A DNA stretch of 64,000 bases from Octopus sinensis (Eukaryota). Made by a program: the position numbers and the translations under genes. The stretch is from NCBI RefSeq assembly GCF_006345805.1, contig NC_042998.1:31372001-31436000 (forward strand). Direction: 5' to 3'. Within the stretch, counting starts at the first letter, position 1. Every line of letters starts with the position of its first letter. The notes beneath the pieces are model-generated. The model saw nothing but the letters and a program-made list of their open reading frames with translations. It was not told the DNA's origin and searched no databases. Shown in pieces: positions 55,329 through 64,000 of this stretch.

Positions 55329-55550
55329 ATCTATCTATCCGTTCAGTCGAAGTCGACTCTCGGTTACTCGATGGATCAGTGTTCTCCAGCCAGTTCTATT
55401 CTGGGTCGCTTCTTTCAGATTAGCTATGGCCATTCCCGTGTCACCCTTGATGGTGTCAAGCCAGCGGGTTCTTGGTCAGCCTCTTCCTCTCATGCCACTG
55501 ACCAAACTACCCTTTGTTATATGATCGCCAAATTCACAGTTTTAGCAGGT
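55245..55550 (-). mobile_element. BovB-like RTE 3' end with (TAGA)n tail
   Basis: Minus RGRG*PRTRWLDTIKGDTG...W..LIHRVTESRLRLNG matches the BovB-type C-terminus. Confidence 0.8.
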
Positions 55551-55588
55551 TAAGATGTCATCAAATTTTGCAATTTTCTAATTTCTTT

Positions 55589-56006
55589 TACTCTTTTACC
55601 CTTTTACGTGTTTCAGTTATTGGCTGCGGCCATGCTGGAGCACCGCCTTCAGTCGAACTAACCGACTCTATGACTTATTCTTTGTAAACCTAGTACTTAC
55701 TCTATCAGGCTCTTTTCCCGAACCGCTAAATTTACGGGGACGTAAACACACCAACATCGATAATCAAGCGATGGTGGGGACAAACACAGAAACACACACA
55801 CATACACACACACACACACACACGCACACACAGACACGCACACACACACACGTATATACGACGGGCGTCTTTCAGTTTCTGCCTACCAAATCCACTCACA
55901 AAGCTTTGGTCGGCGCGAGGCTGTAGTAGAAGACACTAGCCCAAGGTGAAACGCAGTGGGACTGAACCCGGAACCATGTGGTTGGTAAGCAATCTACAGC
56001 CACTCT
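55589..56006 (-). mobile_element. SINE family E, near full length
   Basis: Reverse complement of 60932-61290. Confidence 0.85.
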
Positions 56007-56404
56007 TGTGTGTATATAATTTTTGAGTCAATCTTTATATTACTAAGTGGAGAAGATTACGAAACGGCTGTAATCACATAGAAATCATTTTGAAATAATA
56101 AATCTGTATTCATCTCTCACACCTCCTGGTTCTATGTTTATGTGTGTGTATACGCACACATGTACACATACGCACATATTTGTGTGCGCGTGTGTGGGTG
56201 GAGTTGTGTGCGCGTGCATGTGTATTATCACTAAGGAAGTGCTACATGAGCCGACAAATTTTCTAGTTAAGTTAGTCTTTACCAGAAGACTGAAGAAGTG
56301 GAACCGAACCGTAAAATTGGCTGAATTGTATTTCTATTCCCCACGTACATCTTAGACGTCCTATTACGATCTCTCCTCCTCCTCCTCCTCCTCCTCCTCC
56401 TCCT

Positions 56405-56782
56405 AGGTATTTCGTTTGTTTTCACATTCTGAGTTCAAATTTCGCCGAGGTCGACTTTGCCTTTCATCCTTTCGGAGTCGATTAAATAAGTACCAGTTAT
56501 GCACTGGGGTCGATATAATCGACTTAACCTGTTTGTCTGTCCTTGTTTGTTCCCTCTATGTTTAGCCTCTTGTGGGCAATAAAGAAATAAGAAACGTTGG
56601 CATCCAGGCGAAATGCTTAGCGGTATTTCGCCAGTTTTTATGTTCCGAGTTCAAAAATCCGCCGAGGTTGACTTTGCCTTTTGTCCTTTCGGGGTCGATA
56701 CATTAAATGTCAGCTTCGTACTAGGGTCCATCTAATCGACTGGCCCCCTCCCAACAAAATTTCGGGCTTTGGGCCAAGAGTA
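56405..56782 (+). mobile_element. SINE family A dimer, 5'-truncated
   Basis: Family A motifs and dimer junction. Confidence 0.88.
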
Positions 56783-57114
56783 GAAAAGAATGATGCTGAT
56801 GATGGACTGATAATATTCATGATATTGATAATGTTGGCATGATCGATGATTAAGCAGAGGGTGATGGTAACTGAAATGGTGTTAGTCGTGAGATTTGGGA
56901 TGGTATTTGCTAAAGGTATTCTAGCTATGGCAATCTCGCTTTCCAATCTGTTAGTCACTTTCGAAGTCATTAAGATATAATTCGAAAGAAATTATTTTGC
57001 TCATTCAGACAAGTGAATTTTTGTCTATCGTGTCATCCTTACTAGGTAGGTGTGTAAGGTGTTACAGACAGTAAGTATTTCGATGGCAATGATGGTGATG
57101 ATGACTTGGTAATA

Positions 57115-57543
57115 TTCTTTCTACTCTAGGTACAAGGCCCGAAATTTTGGGGGAGGGGTCAGTCGATTAGATCAACCCCAATACGCAACTGGCACTTAAT
57201 TTATCGACCTCGAAGAGATGAAAGGCAAAATCGACCTCGGCGGAATTTGAACTCATAACATAAAGACTGACAAAATACTGCTAAGTATTTCGCCCGGCGT
57301 GCCAACGTTTCTTATTTCTTTATTGCCCACAAGGGGCTAAACATAGAGGGGACAAACAAGGACAGCCACTGGGATTAAGTCGATTACACCGATCCCAGTG
57401 CGTAACTGGTACTTAATTTATCGACCCCGAAAGGATGAAAGGCAAAGTCGACCTCGGCGGAATTTGAACTCAGAACGTAGCGGCAGACGAAATACCGCCA
57501 AGCATTTCGCCCGGCGTGTTAACGTTTTTGCCAGCTCGCCGCC
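57115..57543 (-). mobile_element. SINE family A dimer
   Basis: Family A motifs and dimer junction. Confidence 0.9.
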
Positions 57544-57962
57544 TGATGGTTTGGTAATATCGATAATATTAATAACGTTCACATGATTGATGATTAAGCA
57601 GGGAGTGATGGTCATGGAAATAGTGTTGTAGGTGGTGACTTTTGGGATGGTGAGGTAGTTGTTGATCATGATGCTACTCACTAATGGTGATGTCGAATGA
57701 GATGTTGTTGGCGATGATAATAGAAAGAGATGATGTCTATAGTTGTGACGGAAGGTTGTTGGTGCCTGACGATGAGGAGCATAGTACTCCTCTTTCTGTC
57801 ACTGTTATTGCCGTTTAGCCCAGACCCACTGACTGAACAGAGAAAATGCTGGAAAGCATGCCATGCACCTTCTAGTTAATCCCTAGATAAATTTAAGTTA
57901 ATCCCTTAAATCATACCGTATCCTGAGGTGGTACGGTATGAGTTAAAGGAAAGGCGATTTAA

Positions 57963-58195
57963 AGGCGGCGAGCTGGCAGAAACGTTAGTACCCCGGGCGA
58001 AACGCGTAGCCGTATTTCGTCTGTCGTTACGTTCCGAGTTCAAATTCCGCCGAGGTCGACTTTGCCTTTCATCCTTTCGGGGTCGATGAATTAAGTACCA
58101 GTTACGCACTGGGAGTCTATATAATCGACTTAATCCCTTTGTCTGTCCTTGTTTGTCCTCTCTGTATTTAGCCCCTTGTGGGTAGTAAAGAAATA
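57963..58195 (+). mobile_element. SINE family A monomer with probable 18-bp TSD (2 mismatches)
   Basis: GGTATGAGTTAAAGGAAA at 57935-57952 versus GGTATGATTTAAGGGAAA at 58196-58213. Confidence 0.88.
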
Positions 58196-59222
58196 GGTAT
58201 GATTTAAGGGAAAATTGGTCGCTATTTCTAACAGGCTTACAAACCAGCCTGCTGTAAAAAGGCAATAGAATTCGCTTGTTGGCTTGGATTCCATATTTGC
58301 TGTTGTTGCAGTTGTTGTGGTTGTTAGTAGAAGACTGATGATTAAGGTGCAGCTGCTGCTGCTGCCACTGCTGCTGCTGCTACTGCTGCTGCTGCTATTA
58401 GTGATGATGATAAAAGCTTTGATGGTGGTTATGTTGATGGCAACTATTAGATGAGAAAATTTAGAATTTAAGCAAACGTAATCTTATTGGTTTCTATCAC
58501 TTGAGAAATAAATTGCTAAGAAGCTTATAACTTCGGGAAAGTACAGGTGAGTGCAATATCGATGAAAAAGTAAATATACAAGTAAATAATATATCAATAA
58601 ATGAATTTAAAATATCAGATAACACTATAAATAGTGAGAAAGAGAGAGAAAGAAAAAAAGAAACTGAAGAAGAAAAACAATTAAATTTCATTGATGATGT
58701 ACTTAATCTTAATTGCAGATTTATAGGATAGACGACGCTAAGACTCCAATTAACTGTACTGCTGAATAACGAAGAACCAGTGAATAAATGAATGGATGAA
58801 AAGATAGCAATATTTACTAATAAATAAATAAAGAAGTACGATAAAAAGCTAAACGAAATCTATCAAAAATAAACAAACAGAACTGAGAAATCAAGTATCT
58901 ATATGAATGTATGCATGTATGCAATACACACGCTTCTACACATACATGTTTGTGTTTGGATATGTGTGTATATATCTAAATATATATATATATATGTATG
59001 TGTATGTGTGTGGTGTGTGTATATGCATGCAATACACATCCGCATATCATATATATAAGTAAAATCTTAAGCAAGCTAAAGTAATTCTCGTACACACTTT
59101 TTGAATGTGGATTTTATAATTGTCATTGATAATTACATAAAAAAACACACCCTTGGAAGCAATGAAACGATTTAAAGAAAACTTACAAATACATTATAAT
59201 CAGAACAAGCTAGTGGACATTT

Positions 59223-59275
<53 letters not shown>

Positions 59276-59596
59276 ACACACACGTATATATATATATTTC
59301 CTAACATGAAACCAACGGTAACCTTAATACACAAATAAAGAAATTATATTCATCAATGCGTTGTTGAGCGTTCATTGTCATTCTTCAACATTCATGTATA
59401 TATATATATACATATACATAATAAATATTAGGGAATAAATCCAAATTTACAGGGAAAAAATCAGATTTAGGATTAAATCCAATTTTATAGTAAAATATTA
59501 TATAATATTAATTCGAGACAAAACCACTATTTTGCAAAACAAACAAGGAAAGACTTAATCAATACATAAAAATTTTTAATATAAAGAAATAAACCG

Positions 59597-59639
59597 CCAC
59601 TACAATCGTTTCATGTCTTCAATGACATTCGTCAGGTGG
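59597..59639 (-). ncRNA. Type I hammerhead ribozyme (family iv)
   Basis: Exact reverse complement of 60118-60160. Confidence 0.85.
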
Positions 59640-59787
59640 ATTTTCGATCTCCTAATCTGTTTTAATTTATGAACTTCATAAATTAAAACAGATTAGGAGA
59701 ATGACAACGCATTGATGAATATAATTTCTTTATTTGTGTATTAAGGTTACCGTTGGTTTCATGTTAGGAAATATATATATATACGTA

Positions 59788-59864
<77 letters not shown>

Positions 59865-60117
59865 GTACAAAATGTCCACTAGCTTGTTCTGATTATAATG
59901 TATTTGTAAGTTTTCTTTAAATCGTTTCATTGCTTCCAAGGGTGTGTTTTTTTATGTAATTATCAATGATAATTATAAAATCCACATTCAAAAAGTGTGT
60001 ACGAGTATTACTTTAGCATGCTTAAGATTTTACTTATATACATAATATGCGGATGTGTATTGCATGCATATACACACACCACACACATACACATACACAG
60101 ATTAGGAGATCGAAAAT

Positions 60118-60160
60118 CCACCTGACGAATGTCATTGAAGACATGAAACGATTGTAGTGG
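60118..60160 (+). ncRNA. Type I hammerhead ribozyme (family iv)
   Basis: CCAC-CUGACGA-AUGUC-AUUGAA-GACAU-GAAA-CGAUUGUA/GUGG; perfect 5-bp stem II, 4-bp stem I, near-palindromic stem III; predicted cleavage after 60156. Confidence 0.87.
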
Positions 60161-60323
60161 CGGTTTATTTCTTTATATTAAAAATTTTTATGTATTGATT
60201 AAGTCTTTCCTTGTTTGTTTTGCAAAATAGTGGTTTTGTCTCGAATTAATATTATACATATACATATATATACATATACATATACATATATACATATACA
60301 TATATACATATATATATTACACA

Positions 60324-60414
<91 letters not shown>

Positions 60415-60790
60415 ATGAATGGAACAAAAACGCAATAGAGGACAATAAAGCATTCGGACAGATAGACGATACAAGGTGGACAAGAGAAACAACAATTAGA
60501 AGGACAGGCAAAAAAAAGTCAAGTCCCAGAGTCACGATCGTTTCGGGCAGTTACACTTGAGACGGTTCGATCTGGTTTCCTCCCAAAAAGTCTTAGCTAA
60601 GAGCATTGTCTTTGAATTGCTCGAAATACCGATTAGAAAAACAGTTATGTTACTTTTGTTCTTTTCCATTTGTTTCTTTCGTCGTTGCAAAAAGAAGTTT
60701 CATATTCCGTGCATTCGTATTTCGTATCTCATGTTTTCGTTTTTCTTTTATGTAGTTTACGTTCCGTGACGCTCTGTGCCCACATATGCA
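60415..60790. repeat. Dispersed repeat related to 16100-16352
   Basis: Shared T-rich segment; relic GAAACGATCGT on the minus strand. Confidence 0.5.
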
Positions 60791-60823
60791 TATGTATATA
60801 CGTATAGATGTATGTACATATAC

Positions 60824-60894
<71 letters not shown>

Positions 60895-60896
<2 letters not shown>

Positions 60897-61290
60897 CGTA
60901 GGAGTGAATATGTGGTAAGTAGCTTGCTATAGGCGTAGGAGTGGTTGTATGGTAAGTAGCTTGCTTACGAACCACATGGTTCCGGGTTCAGTCCCACTGC
61001 GTGACACCTTCGGCAAGTGTCTTCTACTATAGCCTCGGGCTGACCAAAGCCTTGTGAGTGGATTTGGTACACGGAAACTGAAAGAAGCCCGCCGTATATA
61101 TGTATATATATATGTATGTGTGTGTGTATACGTTCGTGTGTCTGTGTTTGTCCCCTAAACATCGCTTGACAACTGATGCTAGAATAAGTACTAGGCTTAC
61201 AAAGAATAAGTCTTGGGATCGATTTGCTCGACTATAGGTGGTGCTCCAGCATGGTCACAGTCAAATAATTGAAACAAGTAAAAGAGTAAA
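60895..61290 (+). mobile_element. SINE family E (CORE-like) with duplicated 37-bp head
   Basis: GGCGTAGGAGTG..GTGGTAAG head twice; B box GGTTCAGTCCC; ACCTTCGGCAAGTGTCTT resembles the CORE-SINE domain. Confidence 0.88.
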
Positions 61291-61790
61291 CTAGAACTGC
61301 AACCACTTATCCACGATTATCCACGATTATCCTCACCAACAGCAGATATACGTCTAATCTATGACTATGATGAATTTAATATATTTTCATGCAGCAATAC
61401 AGCTCCCTCTAAAAATATTTTTCGCATCAATCTGAAAGATGCAAAATATCCCACAGTAGATAATACAAAACGTAAAAAGAGTATAACTATATCTGGCACA
61501 AGTATCTCCATGGCTCAAATATATTCACAGATATTGTTAGAACTATATCTACATTGATATGTATGCGCCGTTTTACATCACGTAAATATAAAAATATCAA
61601 AAAGCTGCAGTGACAGCCAGCTTCGATAATATAGTTTATATATTAGTATCACATATACTATCATATATACTAGTATCACAGAATTAGCGTTTCTCTAATA
61701 AAACGCCCAGATTTAAAGCAAAGCCTGATATACACTACCTAACCCGAATTTAAATGCAGAGACACAACTAGGTACTCTTGAGATTTTGTA

Positions 61791-62131
61791 GAACTCCAAG
61801 GGTTCCAGTTGATCCGATCAACGGAACAACCCGCTTGTGAAAGTAGCTGAGCACTCCACAGACACGTGTACCCTTAACGTAGTTCTTGGGGAGATTCGGG
61901 TTGACACAGAGTGGAGCAAGGATGGCCCTTTAAAATACAGGTACAACAGAAACAAATAGTGAGAGAAAGTTGTGGTGAAAGAGTACAACAGGGTTCGCCA
62001 CCACCCACTGCCGGAACCTCTTGGAGCTTTAAGTGCTTTCCTTCAATAAACACTCACAACGCCCTGTCTGGGAATCGAAATCGCGATACCACGACCGCTG
62101 CCCTAACCACTGGGCCATTTCGCCTCCACAC
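61791..62131 (-). mobile_element. SINE family C
   Basis: Reverse complement of 50597-50965, more diverged. Confidence 0.85.
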
Positions 62132-63667
62132 TCTTGAGATAGAAAATATCTGTCATAACAAATAATAAAGAGAATAGATGTCGAATCCGTGAGTCGTGCA
62201 GGAAAGATACACATTGGATTGCCTGAGAATTCTACTAAAATACTCACATACAGAAGGAAGTGTAATGCAACGTGCTTTTGGAAAAATGGTTTTAAAAAGA
62301 CAGAGATGAAAGCTACTGCCACAAAGGAAAAGAACTGCGAACTTCGTGCGGCTGAAAACATCGCGATGTTGATTTAAGGATGTTGAGCATAGCGTGGATA
62401 GCAATGTCAGGTGTATGCTGTTCGAGCTCTATCAATATTAATCACAAGGCAAAATCTGGAAATTTTCATTGCTTCAGAGCTTACGCATCATCTCTCAGCT
62501 TGTGCTTACTTTTATTCAATTATATTTATTCATCCACTATCAAGAATTTATGTGTTAGCTGACTATATAATAGTCAATGATGGAAATCTCAATGCAATTA
62601 AATTCTGTATGTTATTATCGAATAATTTTTATCATGCTTGATGTGCTGTTGCGGTTTATCACAAGAGATACGCATTCCCAAAACACTTAGACTGATTTAA
62701 TCAAATAATATACCATGAAGGCATGGTGGCATCTCAGTAACTGGCACCAGTGAAAAGTAAAAGATGCTTTTTAAAAATCACTGATTTTAGAATCTAAATA
62801 AAATATTTATTCTAAATAATTAAGTATCATCCACTAAATTGTAAGAAACGGATATTCACTTTTAACGTTACAGAATAATGCAGCAAAATACATTGCCAAG
62901 CAAAGGAAATATTGGAATGTTGAATCTCCAGTAGATTTAAATGCTTATTATGAAGTTTCTATCAAGTGATCCTACGTGATTTCTGCAAAAACAGGGAAGC
63001 CTCTTAGAATTGAATGTTATCACGAACGGAGATAATTGAAGAATCACTTAGGGGAAATAAAACAGATACGAATTGAACGAAATATTTTTAGTTTACTTCA
63101 TAATAAGATTGTAATTAAATATATCTTGGAAAAGACAAGATGCTATGATTTCTAATCGTTTGTCATTTTCATAATTATATGAATAAATTCATGGCTCAGA
63201 GGAGTGAATAAAATTGCGCGTAATGCAATTATTCAGAGTATTGTTCCAACGTTTCAGACATTTTGTTTGCCCTGAATGTTACTTAACAATATGTAAAACA
63301 GCTAAGCATAAACAGCAAAGGTAATTTTATATTTTCGTCTTTTACGCGCATCAAGAAAGAGAATTAGGAGTTTCATTTCTCAAGAATTGAAATTCAATAA
63401 AATAAGCCGAATATTTTATAATGATGACAAATCTAATTTTCACAAAAGTAGATTATTGAGGAGCTAATGAAAGAATCATTTTTAATAACATGGCAGATAA
63501 ATAAGAAACGTTACCATTAGGGAAGCTTTAACATTATACATACATCCTGTCATGCATGCACACACACATACATGCATACACACACATACATACATATATA
63601 CATACATCCTGTCATGCATGCACACACACACCACTGAGTCGACAACACCATGGGACTTTGTTAGACT

Positions 63668-63733
63668 GTTGGTCACAATGCGCTTTTTGTAGTGTTGTAG
63701 CTTCGAAATGATGCTACCCTGCTGGCGAACGGA

Positions 63734-63736
<3 letters not shown>
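63668..63736 (-). mobile_element. Degenerate SINE family D tail
   Basis: GGTCACAATGCGCT..AAATGATGCTACCC. Confidence 0.55.
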
Positions 63737-63801
<65 letters not shown>

Positions 63802-63804
<3 letters not shown>

Positions 63805-64000
63805 TGAGGGGAAATAATATTCGTACATGTCAAAATTATTTATTTAATTTTTAATGAACATTATGGGATATGCCAATACTATATTTACATACAGATGCAT
63901 AAACTAAGAATATGCAAAAGAAACTAATAAATTATAGGAACTAAGGAATTTATATACAATTATATATATTTAGGGGTGAAAAAAGTATTCGTACAGAATA
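63802..64000 (+). mobile_element. Probable left end of a Tc1 element of IR/DR type, in (TA)n; runs off the window
   Basis: TA|CAGTGAGGGGAAATAATATTCGTACA, with an internal direct repeat AGGGGTGAAAAAAGTATTCGTACA at 63972-63995. Confidence 0.6.

Larger units (their letters stand above)
58994..60256. repeat. Complex inverted duplication A-B-hairpin-A'-B'
   Basis: A (about 58994-59383) is inverted at 59699-60097; the B portion 59505-59659 is inverted at 60098-60256; perfect 26-bp palindrome at 59648-59700. Confidence 0.92.

Noticed and set aside
60515-60560. GAAACGATCGT palindromic stem III relic on the minus strand (also ATGATGAGGCGAGAAAC near 20675)
   Set aside because: No intact CUGANGA core or valid cleavage triplet

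Overview
Eukaryotic, AT-rich, repeat-saturated DNA. The SINE families and very long (TA)n/(CA)n/(TATG)n tracts are ones I associate from memory with octopus/cephalopod genomes (inference). No intact, recognisable host protein gene is present. Contents: an intron-containing alpha-tubulin pseudogene (1785-3540) broken by a SINE; about 30 tRNA-derived SINE copies of several families; mariner, Tigger and Tc1 remnants; a young, 5'-inverted RTE LINE inserted into a mariner TIR; older RTE and RLE-type LINE fragments; two fold-back elements; and a 100-N gap flanked by a 2-kb false duplication. The main finding is type I hammerhead ribozyme (HHR) motifs in four unrelated sequence families (10 motifs). 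Six lie in a ~550-bp tandem array with a head-to-head inversion (30232-33253), which looks like a retrozyme or Penelope-type non-autonomous element. A few short minus-strand exon candidates may belong to a host transcript. Most ORFs in the supplied track are microsatellite artefacts.
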